DNA from: Diadema antillarum
Lineage: Eukaryota
Length of the DNA stretch: 64,000 nucleotides
NCBI RefSeq assembly: GCF_040938485.1
Contig: NW_027271374.1
Location: 558,001-622,000, forward strand
Direction: 5' to 3'
How positions within the stretch are numbered: position 1 is the first letter of the stretch; every line of letters starts with the position of its first letter. The translations under genes and the position numbers were made by a program. Under the pieces are notes generated by a model. The model did no database searches. It was given only the letters and a program-made list of their open reading frames with translations, and was not told the DNA's origin. Below, piece by piece: positions 13,501 to 25,445 of this stretch.

Positions 13501-15542
13501 TATATGTTGCTCACTATCATACCGTCACGAACAGCAGTTGCCTTCTTCTCTTACTATGAGGGCACACGAATCTTACAATAATCATTTTTAAAAAAGATAA
13601 CTTGTCCGATTCTTATTGAAATTCTATTGTGTTCTACTTGTATTTCTGCATTCCTTGAATCCCTGATATGTCGATATTTGGTTTGAATGTTCTCTTTAAA
13701 AAAAAAATGACCCTTTGACTCCTTGCCAGTTTCGACAGCTGACGTTGTTCCAAAGTAGCATCGTCTGCTAGTACGTCCTGTCGCATATAGTTACATGGCA
13801 CCGGTCAAGTTTTACTTTCGAATTGAACCACTGATTGAAGTACCTGCCGCTTTCTTGCCACCCGTGTCAATGAGATGAGAAGCTTGTGGCCACAGTCCGA
13901 CCCTCTGCTGATGAAAACGACTCATTTACCTTTCAGATGGCAGGATAACGCAATTAGAGCTGCCAAAAATAAACTAAATGAATACAGTACGCACCTTCAA
14001 TTCAATCTGCAACCAGATTGAATGTCAACCTGGCACGTAAAGTTTTCCTCTTTTTTTTATTTCTTATTTCTTTTAGACTGGCCGTTTCTTCGTTTGTAAT
14101 GTCGCACTCAAATGAGATATTCTAGGCTCAAAATATATGACTGCAGTGGAAGAACTGAGTGGAAGAACTCTCACAGCATTCTGTCATGCAAAACACAAAA
14201 ATGTGTTGATATCTTCCTTCATATGATCTCGCAATTTACGAAATCTGTTTCCAATGTTGATTCATACAGGCAGCTACCGAGGAGGGGGCGTGTCGAATGC
14301 GAGGTGTGGACGTGACGTCACAACAATACTGTCCTGCGTGCATGCTTCGCTCTTGAGCCTCGGTGCATTTACGACTTTGTCGAAAAATCTTGAATATTGC
14401 ACAAAGATACAAAACGGCCACTTCGACTTTCCTGTATCGGTTGCCAAAATACTCAAAATCTTATTGATCTCATTTCATTGTTCCTCAGCTTTCGTTCAAC
14501 GACATCACCTTATTCGGTATGTTGTAGTATTGATTGCACGATATGAGCACTGCATTCATATGAATTAGGATAGGCCTATACATGTATACTAAATAAAGAA
14601 AGAAGTACAGTAGAATATTGAAATAAAAGAGGTCAGTGAAATTAATATGTTTTCATACCTTAGACTGCATGTTTATCATGAATGCATTACTATAAATGTC
14701 CATCTGATTAATATGTGTGTACATACACATATTATTGAATACAGTACAAGCACACACACACACACACACACACAAACCTCAAACGTCTACTATACAGCTA
14801 CAAAGTATTGTGTATATGGATTATTGCCAAAACAAAATTAATACAACATGTAACATGTATGTGTGATAGTTAATACCAGCAAACACTTAATTCTAAAATA
14901 GATTATAATTAAAAAATGATAATGTAATATCAATATTGTTTTGAGGCGACAGAAAGATAATCATATTTTGATAGAAAACATTCAACTAAATTCAGCATAC
15001 ACTGTGAATTTAGAAAAAAAAACAGACGTAAATCCAAAATGACATAGCTATAGGGAACACTCAAAACGCACACACACACACACACACACACACATGTGGT
15101 GAAGGTACTCTTGCTCATGGACAGTTTTGGACAACATTTTATTGGGTTGTATCATTCTAATCATCCCAGCAATTAAAATTTACGCCTCTAAATGCCTTCT
15201 AAATGAGTAATAGTTGCGTCTGAACTGACTGTGGAATGGAAAATTACCAGGATGCCGCCATAATTCACATTATCGCGGGTAAACGCCTGTCATGCCAAAC
15301 GAACAAAGACGATGCATGCTCAGATTTCGTGCCCGGAGTAAACACTTTTGTTCTCACACACAAAAACAATGCAACGCACCAATAAGTGCGTATCGAATAT
15401 GGACCACCATAATGGTTTTCATGTTTTGTGTCAACTGAAGCAGAAACCACGGAATCCCATATTAAAAAGAAGAAAAGAAAAACTTCGCTACAGTGGGAAA
15501 TGCATGTGTCAAATCAAACAGCACGAGCATGGTTTCTGATTA

Positions 15543-15719
15543 CAGGGGCGGATCCAGGGAGGACCGCAACCGGCGCACGCCCACCCCCCCCCCTTTATTT
15601 TTTGTTGAAACAAAAGAAATAAAAAGAAAAAAATGGGGGGGGGAGGGGTGCGTGCGCCCCCCCCCCCTTTAATTTTGTAAACACGCCCCCTCATTACGGA
15701 ATTCCTGGATCCGCCCCTG
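15543..15719. mobile_element. hAT-like MITE
   Basis: Perfect 16-bp TIR CAGGGGCGGATCCAGG / CCTGGATCCGCCCCTG; G/C-run interior. Confidence 0.8.
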
Positions 15720-15911
15720 CTGAATATCTCCATTGATTCTATTTGTTTTATGAACTCATTAACAGATACACACTGATGTAAGTCATATCGTCCTTCGCTT
15801 TAATATGTTATATGTATTTTTGATATACTGTACTTCTCTCGTGTTTCCTCATTTTTCCTTTCCTTTCTTTTCGTCTTTCCCCATTGCGCTTAGACGTTTA
15901 GAAACATTGTT

Positions 15912-16290
15912 TTAAAGGGATGGTATAGTTTTGGTTGAGATGGGGATTTACGTTAAACTTTTTGTGAGTTGATTAGAAACAAATAGCATATCATTCTATA
16001 AGAGGAGTGAAAAGTTGATTTGATGACAATCAAAACAATTTTGAAATGGCTGAGATATCCTAAAACAAAGAGGTCCTAATAAAAGATGGGACCCGCCTTT
16101 TATTAGGACCACTTTGTTTTACTTTGTTTTGAGATATTTCAGCCATTTCAAAACTGATTTTCATTAATGAACATTAACTCCTCTTAGAATGGTTTGCTGT
16201 TTAATATTTCATAAAAGTGTTTTTTTTATTATCTCGCTAAAGGTTAAAGCCCGAATCCACATCTCTACCAAAACCATACCATCTCTTTAA
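15912..16290. mobile_element. TTAA-flanked (Kolobok-like) element, family 2
   Basis: TTAA|AGGGATGGTATAGTTTTGGT...ACCAAAACCATACCATCTCT|TTAA. Homologs at ~4294-4500 (partial), 60547-60932 and 61242-61614. Confidence 0.85.
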
Positions 16291-16322
16291 GAGCGTTACA
16301 AATGCAATGCATTATTATAATG

Positions 16323-16353
<31 letters not shown>

Positions 16354-17113
16354 TATCATTGATTTTTTTAAATCAATACAACTGTAATAGAATCAGACTG
16401 AAAAGAAGTTATTCAATTCACTTCTCATAACTACTAAATGAGGGACATAAAGGAAATCAAAACCCAAAGAGAAATGTGGATTAAGTGAAAGCAGCAACAT
16501 CATAAGAACACATGACAAAGTTTGAGGAAAATCTGACAATCGATGCAAAAGTTATGAATTTTTAAAGTTTTCTGCTCTACTTGGGGTAGAGTTCGCTTAT
16601 TTTTGATATTCCTGTATGATGTTAAGGTATCATTTTTTTTCAAGCAATGTGAGTCTGTGTATTATCATCGCCAAAGATTAATATTGCATTTCTACATTTA
16701 TATAGAGTATTGATATTGCGTTGATGTTACGATGTAAAAAGGAATGTCCTTGGTTTGTTATTTTGTGTTTGCTGAATTGTTATATTTTGCCATTCTGTTT
16801 CAGGACCCCCTAGGATAACAGTGTGTAAACCACTGATGTGGCTACCCTNNNNNNNNNNNNNNNNNNNNNNNNNNNNNNNNNNNNNNNNNNNNNNNNNNNN
16901 NNNNNNNNNNNNNNNNNNNNNNNNNNNNNNNNNNNNNNNNNNNNNNNNNNNNNNNNNNNNNNNNNNNNNNNNNNNNNNNNNNNNNNNNNNNNNNNNNNNN
17001 NNNNNNNNNNNNNNNNNNNNNATGACAAGAACAAGCTTAATCATTATCTATGGTTGACAATCACAGCTATAATAAAATGTGTCATTTTTTTTTCCTGTGG
17101 GACAACGGGTTAG

Positions 17114-18438
17114 TTAAACAGGAAACCAAAGCCAAGTATCAGTGAGGATTGAGTGAAAGCAGCAATATTAGTAGAATGCATTGAATGTGGAAAATCAGAA
17201 AATTCGGTGCCGCCATCGCTGGAGAAGAAGGCTTCTACAGTTTATGACGTAATTTTGAACGAAAATATGTTTAAATGTATTTTTTTTCACGGAAAAATAC
17301 ACATCCCATCGATTTGCCGCTGACAGTTATGTTATGGGTAATATCATTCTCTCTGCCTTCTGACAGAGTAAGTAAATAAGTTCTCTTTCATTATGCTAGA
17401 AAAATTAAAGGTGTGTTCAATTGTCTTTATATTTTCTTTGTATTGATGTTCATAATGACATCACCGGGTGTAGTGGGCCTAGCCTCTTTTTCCATCAATG
17501 ACGACCGAAATTTTTAAAGATATATGACTGTTGAATCGATTTCCCGATTTTCTGAAGCTTTCACTTGAAGTGTTCTATATGAAAATGCTACTTTCACTCA
17601 ATCAAAGTTAAAGGCCGTGTCACACCATAACGCGGGCTTGAGGCGAGGAGGTAGTTTCCAGGACGTAGAAGATTTTCAGCGGGCGAACAAGAATGTTTGC
17701 AATTTTCATTCATGCCTTGTCATACCGTACGGGGGAACTTCTGCGGCTTGACTTGCGGGAAAACAAATTTACTCCAAGGAGTTCTCCGTAGTTGGTCCGC
17801 ACCTGATAGTATCTAGCGCGTAGTTGCCCGGAGGTGCTCACGCAAGTCCGATTTAACCGCAGCCAAGTTTTGAGCATGACCAAAACTTTTTCCGGGTGAG
17901 TCGCGGGAATGCCCGTAGAGGTCCACGCAGAACGCCAGTAGGAGACCCTTAGCGGCAGTACTTCCCAGGCAATTCCCACGCAGGTACTTCGCAGTCCCGT
18001 ATGCACCCAAGATAATGAAATTCTGTGAGATTTCAGCCATTCCATTAGAGGAATTCCTTCACTAAGTTGTCAGCCCCCACGCGACTGGTACAAAGGTCAC
18101 ACAGTATACTCGCAAGCATAACGCGTCCAGCAAGTAAGACACATGCGTTGACTCGCACAAATCCTTTTCCGCCCTCATGAATGTCCGGTATGCTAGAAAA
18201 TCCCTACACGTAACAAGCCCGTGTAGCTTGCCCGGAAAGGTGTGACAGGGCCTAAACACGGTTGCGGGTAAAAAAATATGCGTGCGCACCTTCGGGCGAC
18301 TACTTTTGAGATACATGCTAGGTACTGTCATGTGCGGATATCCACGGGGACCTCCGGGTAGTCAAAATTGTTCTTTGCAAGTCGCACGCAAGGCTGGTGT
18401 GACACGGCCTTTACATTTTCGGCATTGGTTTCCTTTAA
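17114..18438. mobile_element. TTAA-type element, family 3, interrupted by a nested insertion
   Basis: Left GGAAACCAAAGCC...GAGTGAAAGCAGCAA; right CTTTCACTCAATC..[insert]..TTGGTTTCCT|TTAA. Intact homolog at 33695-34074; partial copies at ~16448 and ~26893. Confidence 0.7.
17612..18410. mobile_element. Harbinger-like non-autonomous element (GC-rich, ~800 bp)
   Basis: TIR AGGCCGTGTCACACCA / TGGTGTGACACGGCCT, flanked by TAA and TTA. Confidence 0.85.
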
Positions 18439-18504
18439 TTGAAATTATTGACATCATTCCGGACGGACCGGCATTTGACTATGTAGCATACTAATGAAAA
18501 TAGT

Positions 18505-18702
18505 CCCTCATTGGTAGACTACTGAGAAAGGACGTGCTTTTACCAAAGAGGAATGTATCAGGTTGTTCATGCCACTAGGGGGCGCAATATCATTCTGAAG
18601 TTCCCCATTGGTAAACTACTCAGAAAGGATGTGCTTTATTACCAAAAGAGGAATGTATCAGGTTGTTCATGCCACTAGTGGGGGCGCGATATCATACTGA
18701 AG
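18505..18702 (+). repeat. Tandem duplication of a ~98-bp unit
   Basis: CATTGGTA.ACTACT.AGAAAGGA.GTGCTTT...GAGGAATGTATCAGGTTGTTCATGCCACTAG..GGGCGC.ATATCAT.CTGAAG present twice. Confidence 0.9.
18569..18588 (+). promoter_or_regulatory. CTCF-like motif
   Basis: ATGCCACTAGGGGGCGCAAT versus CTCF core consensus CCACCAGGGGGCGC; motif match only. Confidence 0.45.
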
Positions 18703-19846
18703 TGTAGGTACATGGTAGGCCCTATGTACCGAGACCTAACAATGGTTAGGCTCTCATTAAAACGCACCACACCCCTATTTACCCCCTTTTATTTACATTG
18801 GTGGGAACCTCAGTGAATGTCAATTTACACGCAGTATTGTTTGCCTAATCACTGATGGACATTGACTTGCCCGAAAATATAATCTGGTAACAACAGAAAT
18901 GTTTTTAAAGAATGCATGCATGGGTGTGAAAATATAGAGATGTCCAAAGAGGTAAACAATAAAAGGAATTTTTAAAAATTGTGTTTATTGACATGTGCAA
19001 TGTGTACTGACGATGATGAACGAAAACAAATTTGATTATAGTATCAATGATACGTACAATTGTTCTACCCAATCAAAGGTCTTGGACATTGGTTATTTCT
19101 ACCACTTAAATATCTTCGCTGAGAATGGGAAGTCTAGCCGAGCTTCTTCTCTCTTTTTTTAAGTGTTCAGACGGTGAAACGGTATGCACGGAAAATGAAA
19201 ATCTGGGAAAGAGCGCCGCTACAGGCTGTACTTCTACAACACTAGCTTGTTATAACGATGTTTTCTTGTATACGATCTCTGACAATGTGTTTTTTACACT
19301 TCACTCTACTTTCATCCTTATTTTGTCCTTATTGAAACGTAAATCTGTACATTGGGCGACTCTGCGAGATTAGCGGCGGGTCAATTTCTTCATTAAAACA
19401 AAAGACTCGTGCGACTTTTCATTCCGTAGCATGAGCATTACGTTTATTTTCCATTAGAAAAAAAAAGTGTTATTTTAAACTTACAACTCTTCATCTATTT
19501 GAAATATACGTAATTCTTAAATGTTTCCAAAGTAGAATGGATCTTTTGCCAGTGTGACGGTTGCTACTGAGTCTTTCGATACGCCATTTTGAAATTCGTA
19601 TCATTTATCATCTTTTCAATGTCCTACTTTTGTGACATCTAGGCAGCACATACATTATTGATCAAAATATTAGAAATAACAATTTTTGAATGAATTATCC
19701 GAGTGTCCTCAATTTCTCTGCAGAATGTTTCATAAGTATTTCATATTCATTTCGTCATCTCTTATAATATCATCATTACTCTCCGTGGCAAATAACATTT
19801 AGGGGAGCCTTCATAATAGATAAAATGGTTAAAAAACTACGTATTG

Positions 19847-20013
19847 CATGGCCGGCGCCACGTTTTCAAGGAGGGTGGGGGCGCACTTCCGGTTTTCATG
19901 AGCTAACAAAAAAACAAAAACAAAAAGAAAGAAAATGCCTTCAGCGCAACTTCTGGTGCCATGGTCGAGTTTCTTGTGGAGGCCCGAGCCCCGCACCCGT
20001 TCCGCCGGCCTTG
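19847..20013. mobile_element. Degenerate hAT-like MITE
   Basis: CATGGCCGGCG / CGCCGGCCTTG imperfect termini around a GC-rich body; no target-site duplication (TSD) resolved. Confidence 0.4.
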
Positions 20014-20329
20014 CTTAGGTATTTATATACAAACTCAACATTCATTGGGGGTTGACCCTTTTTTAATCTTAGCCTAAAATTAGACTTTTTGTTGCTTTTT
20101 TTTATGCATGGATGGTGGCATACACACATTCATTTCCCCCTCTCTTTCTCTTGCGCCAAGATTGAGTAAAACGGTCAATTTAAGTTTTGTTTCAGACACA
20201 TTGAATAGTATTATATTATGTCAGAATATAACTTGGACGTGAAACGATGGGGTGGAAAAAGTGTGATCATATCTTTATAAGGTAGAATTATTAAGACAAT
20301 GTTAGGAGAGTTGGACATTTTGAAAAACA

Positions 20330-20615
20330 TTACTCTTTTTTCTGCTTTGTCTTCCCATAAACAATTCGCAAAAGCAGGGACAATACACAACGCAAAATGA
20401 GAAATAGGAAGATTAGCATAATAAGAAATAAGGTAAGATATAACGCTAGTACGTCTATCATGTAATATTGGACTAACGACAGCTCAGGTCCTTTGGAACG
20501 CAGATATTCTCCGCCATATTTGATCACGTGTTCAATCCAGTGCGCAGCTCGATCACGTGGCGACAGTGGTTGGTCGTTCATGATTGCTGACACATGTTTT
20601 GCTGTCCTTGCATAC
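20330..20615 (-). CDS. UGT: UGT-A exon 4 (286 nt): transmembrane helix and ER-retrieval tail
   Basis: Acceptor ctatag|G; DQPLSPRDRAAHWIEHVI...QYYMIDV, hydrophobic stretch, C-terminal KQKKE (KxKxx). Joined CDS 876+232+220+286=1614 nt = 537 aa plus stop. Confidence 0.95.
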
Positions 20616-21101
20616 CTATAGACAAATTGACATACAAATCAAGCATTGTTATTCTCATCATATTATGAGTATCCTGAAGTTTACTTAATTCCTTCCATAT
20701 TCGAGATGACTCTAAAAAATAGAGTAGGCCTACATGATAAATCACGTAACAACTTTAGGCAAAAGGGAAAAAAAGAAGAAAATGGGACATGTTACAGATA
20801 ATCTGGTCTATTGAGGTTCTACTTGTTTTAAGAAATTACATCATCATAGTTGCAGCCACATCAGTAAGTAATCGGTAAGTCTCAAAATTATAAGTTTTAC
20901 ATAACCATTATATATTTGTTAGCTGTGAAATGAAATCGAAAAGAGAGACTGATCTCGTTCACGTCATTTTTTTTTTGCGTTGTCAAAGTATAGCCTGGTG
21001 TAATAGTTACTTTTTTCGGGGGAGGGGGGGGGGGCAGAGGAGGTATTTGCTAACGTATTCGTCAAAACTTGATCTTTGTAATCTCTGTCTATGATTTACG
21101 A

Positions 21102-22191
21102 TAAAGGCTCGGTCACAAATACCATTACATTAAAAACTGCTGCGAACGCCGTACGAACGATTCTTAGACCATTTCGTAAGATCTTCTTAAGAAGGCCGTA
21201 CGAAACCAGTGTTCGTAGACAGTTCGTAGATCGTACGTAAGTGCGTAGCCTGGTCGATGGTCTTGTCCAAGATTTTTTTTTTAACTTTGTACGAAACCCT
21301 CTCTTCGTAAGGCAGCCGTACGAACGTCGTACGAACATCGTAAGAACTACGCAAGAATGTATTGTCGAGAGACAATTCTAGAAGCCTTAAATTCTTACGA
21401 TGACTGAGGCCTCTTACGTCTTTCGTAAGAATGTCATACGAACGGAGATTCGTACAGTGTTCTTACGAACAATTCTTCGAGTTTGTAAGGCGTTCGTGAG
21501 GGACTCGTAAGACGTAGGTACACAATTTGTGCAACTGTTGAGTTCAAATCCTCACTCTGTTCAAAGTGTTCGACCAGAAACCATCTCTGTTAAAAATTGG
21601 ACCAAAAGGGAAGGCAATCAAAGGGAAAAGGGAGAAGGGCAAGAAATGAAAGGAGGGAGATGAGGAGGAAGGCGCGAGAGGTGGAGAGTTGGAGCAACAA
21701 CCTCAGGAAGACATGACGGACATCAGAAGTGACAGGGAGGAGGAGTTTGAAGATTACGAAGAAGAGATGGAGAAAAATTTTCGACAGGACACGGCAGCGT
21801 CTTTTTAACAACCCCGTCTAGATATACACAAACAATTCGTAAAATCTTCTTACGAAGGACTTGAGAGTGCAGTGAGTTGCACGTACAAGGTGCGACCATC
21901 ATATGACAAAAACAAATCGTAAGTCTGACGAAAGAATAACTCTTTTCTTACGAAAAACGCATTCTTACGAAAAACGCACAAATTCTAGGGCCATTGTATA
22001 AGTGAAAATCATTTCGTTTCACTAAATGGCCTTAAGTTGTTCTTCCGAATTAAACAGCGTTCGTACGAAATTCGTAAGAAGGCCGAAGAATCTGTGCCCC
22101 ATCTACGAATCTCTACGAACTCCAGAATTCGTACGAACACTGACATTCGTACGAAGGCGTCGTTCGTACGAACCTTTGTGACCGTAGCTTC
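21102..22191. mobile_element. Harbinger-like non-autonomous element in UGT-A intron 3
   Basis: TIR AAGGCTCGGTCACAAA / TTTGTGACCGTAGCTT; many subterminal CGTACGAA/TCGTAAG repeats; purine-rich core at 21600-21800. Confidence 0.75.
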
Positions 22192-22673
22192 AGTCCATAT
22201 AAGTCGCCGAGAGAGTTACAAGCTGGCGGTATACCTTACAGTTGCAAAGTAGGCCTAACTATTTCCACATCAGGATGTTGTGATGTAGTGTTAAAATCGA
22301 TGGCAAAATTGTGAGGAAATGAGACATCTCCTCGTATAATTCTCTAACATATGCAGTTGGCAAAACTTTTGATATAATTCTGCAAGTGTTCTATATAACA
22401 TCGGATTTTTATGAACCGTCTGCGGTTCCAGTAATTCTGCCAAAAATGCGTGTTTTTTTCTGTCATACAGTTTCCTCATTTCGAGAAATATCGCCATGAT
22501 AAATGAAATTTAAAGTCTTTTACCTGAAAACTTGTTATAAAGACTTATAACATACTCGAAGATGATGATCTAACTTGGATGATAATAATGATAACAGCAT
22601 GTCAGTGATATAATTGTTTATTGCATTGTACATGTATATTTGTAGGACAGAGGTATACCAATGTTTAACGAAC

Positions 22674-22893
22674 CTTGGATCGTTGATGACGTCATTCAGA
22701 GCTTCATAAATGTTCTCAGCAGTCAGATGCATCTTGTCAAGCTGTCGTCCGATTCCTCTCTTCTCCACCCTCGCTCCAATGTCGTACTGGTCGCCTTGGA
22801 GAGGAAAGACCACGAGAGGTACCCCGTGGTAGCAGGCCTCCTGGAAACCGTTATTCCCGCCGTGGTAGAGAAACACTCTGGTCTTTGGGTGGC
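22674..22893 (-). CDS. UGT: UGT-A exon 3 (220 nt), most of the UGT signature motif
   Basis: Acceptor aag|GC; HPKTRVFLYHGGNNGFQEACYHGVPLVVFPLQGDQ; donor AG|GTTCGT, phase 2. Frame is continuous with exons 2 and 4. Confidence 0.95.
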
Positions 22894-23035
22894 CTTCGTT
22901 ACCAGAGTCAGGAAAGGAAAATCGTGGCGCTCAAAACGATTTGTTTTCATATGATGTTGCCTTTTACTGCTATTCGTACCACTTGTGGTGCAAGAAATAA
23001 TAGTGGTGAAAAAAAGAATATTTCTGATACAGGTT

Positions 23036-23332
23036 TCCTGCTTGAAAGAACATAGTGTTCCACAGTGTGAAACGCGATGAGAAACAATGTGTGTACACAG
23101 TGTGAAATCTCTTCACATCGTAAAATTCGAGCGTTTCACTGTGCAAACACAATATGAATCATCCACAGTGTGAAACAGAACATTTGGATCTAACATGTCA
23201 ACACAATGTAAAAAAACCACACCACAGTGTGAAATCATCTTTACACTGTTAAGTTCAAGCACTTTCAAATATAGTCAGCTATGCAGACACACTGTGGACA
23301 CACTGTGGAACGCCGTGTTTTTTCCAGCAGGG
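23036..23332. mobile_element. MITE, family CCCTGCTGGAAAGAACA (copy 3), UGT-A intron 2
   Basis: TCCTGCTTGAAAGAACA...TTTTTCCAGCAGGG with CACAGTGTG repeats. Confidence 0.75.
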
Positions 23333-23715
23333 TTGGCGCAGCATAAAGCTGGAAATCATAACCACAGGATTCCTTAACTCGTTCCCTCAAGTGCTATTGA
23401 GGAATGACAATGAAGGTTGTTTCGAGGGCAAAGCAATTGTAAGATGACTACTGTACAATCTACTACACGCAGATGAACACATTTCTTTCACCCTCATAAA
23501 ACAGTCCTTTAAACATGTGACAATTATTGATGGACTTTTGCATTCAAATTCTATGTTCATGATACAAATCGTATCTTGTAAGAGAAAGTAATCAGGTACC
23601 CATTTATATACACCTGTGTCGAGAGGGAAATCGTGGGTGATAATCATCTTGTCCAAGGACGTATAAGCACTGCACTGGACTAGAACTCGGGTCCACTGAT
23701 CGGGAATTAGGAGTA

Positions 23716-24564
23716 TGGTTGGGTGTTCATAATACCGGACACCTAACGTTTTTCTATCAATAAAAATGTGAAAAATCTCACAATTTGCCTGAAATTTTAC
23801 TCACGTGTGGAGAAAATACTCGGGATTCACAAGCGCGCACTGAAAATGCGATCTGAGGTACGCGCTATTAGATGGCGGCTTCGAACGCGTGGGGTGTCAT
23901 TTTTTCCGCACTCAGTTGCCCGCTCATTTCAACCGACCACCCTGACAATATGTATAAAGGGCACTTAAATGCGTTTTTTCGACAGACCGCTGTTTTTTTT
24001 CTAGCCGTCATTTTTTCCCCAATAATATTTGAATATATTTTGAATCCTTCGATATTACTTTTGAAGGACTGTTTGATGAATTTGACTTGATTTTCATTAG
24101 AAAACTTTTCATCGTAATTGAAATAAATTAGATGAGTCGGTTTGTTTTTTCTCATTCATTTCTCGTTTCTGCATCAACTCGTACGGTCGTAGCGGGCGAC
24201 AAAATGTTTATGTCATGTGTATGTGTAACGTGTGTGCACGATCGTACAAGCGGCGGTGACAATTTTGCGGTCAAAATCGTCAAATTTATTACGGAAGGAT
24301 ACTCCACATCTAACAACGAGTCAGCAAAGGTAGGCCTAGTTATATGTAGTTACACGATAAACCTTATTCGATTTTGCTAAATTTCGGTAATTTAGAGGGA
24401 ATAGTTAGTTGTTTTCGCCACATTTTACTCGGTAGCGTAGCCCAGTGAAGAATCGAACACCGTTGCGCGTAGTCCCATGCGTACATTTTCTTTCTGTACG
24501 CGCAATGCCATTATAATGCACGGTCGGTCGTTATAGACCCGGTCGGTGGGTTGAACACCTACCA
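23716..24564. mobile_element. TA-flanked TIR element (Tc1/mariner-like) in UGT-A intron 2
   Basis: TA|TGGTTGGGTGTTCA...TGAACACCTACCA|TA. Confidence 0.55.
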
Positions 24565-24622
24565 TACTAGCCACTATGCCACGGTGCCTCTAGAGCAGAA
24601 CTGTGCCCATATTTTTTCTTAC

Positions 24623-24854
24623 CCAGCAAATCGTTTTGAGGAACCCAAGGTGTCGTAAACACGTTCGACGGCAGCTTCAGGTTCCCCACGTCTTTGGTCT
24701 GCCAGATGACTTTTTGTGGCAACCGGTCGAAGGCTGTGACGAACATTTCGGCAATCTCCGGCTTGGTCCGAGTGACGGCCTCGGAGAAGTACGTCCCGAG
24801 GGAGAATAAAATGACGCCATCGTCACCAGAACTCTGCATGATTTTTTCGAGTTC
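24623..24854 (-). CDS. UGT: UGT-A exon 2 (232 nt)
   Basis: Acceptor gcgtag|GAA; ELEKIMQSSGDDGVILFSLG...LPQKVIW...WVPQNDLLG; donor G|GTAAGA, phase 1. Confidence 0.95.
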
Positions 24855-25445
24855 CTACGCAATGAATAGTAGAGACAAAAGACGTGTGAGAGGGGGAAAG
24901 ATGAGGCAATTATTTCGTCGCCTCGTAACCTACAGGCCTTCCACCTTCTTCCACTGGAATCTAAGTAATGAGACGATTTTTATTGCATGCATTATTGTTC
25001 TTTTACAAACCAGTAGGAAAAGTTACATAATCACCCAATCTGACAAGCAATATGGTTGCACGTGTATCGAGTATAGTGCCATAGAGCTATGGATGAACTA
25101 TCAAATATGAAAGTTTGGAATTTCTGAACACATGTCAGTACATGTAGGTGTATAAGAAATAAGAATAGGGTCTATAAGAAATAAGTATAGGGTCTAAGGT
25201 TAGGTAACATAATGACAGAAAATGTCTTATCGTGAACCATTAATTGCACTTTTCTTCTGACATGGTACTAAACACTACTCGACAAAACCATATTTGTTCG
25301 GCGGTTTGAGGAACATTTGAATATTGACTGTAATAATTTATATTTGAGTCCTGATGACTATCTTCAAAGTGGTTGTTAGTCAGGGTTTAGTACTTGGTCA
25401 ACATGGATATTATTACTGTTCGGGATAACACGTCTTTAACCGTAC

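Noticed and set aside
17710-18494. Protein-coding ORFs in the GC-rich 800-bp element
   Set aside because: They lie wholly within a TIR-bounded element, have no recognisable domain, and are expected from the higher GC content.
21590-21811. Transposase or Myb-protein ORF inside the Harbinger-like element
   Set aside because: Only a short purine-rich acidic/basic stretch with no DDE or SANT motif; at most an unverifiable relic.
24540-24595. tRNA/SINE head next to the UGT-A exon 2 donor
   Set aside because: A-box-like TGGCATAGTGG on minus but no credible B box; it overlaps the TIR of the 23716-24564 element.
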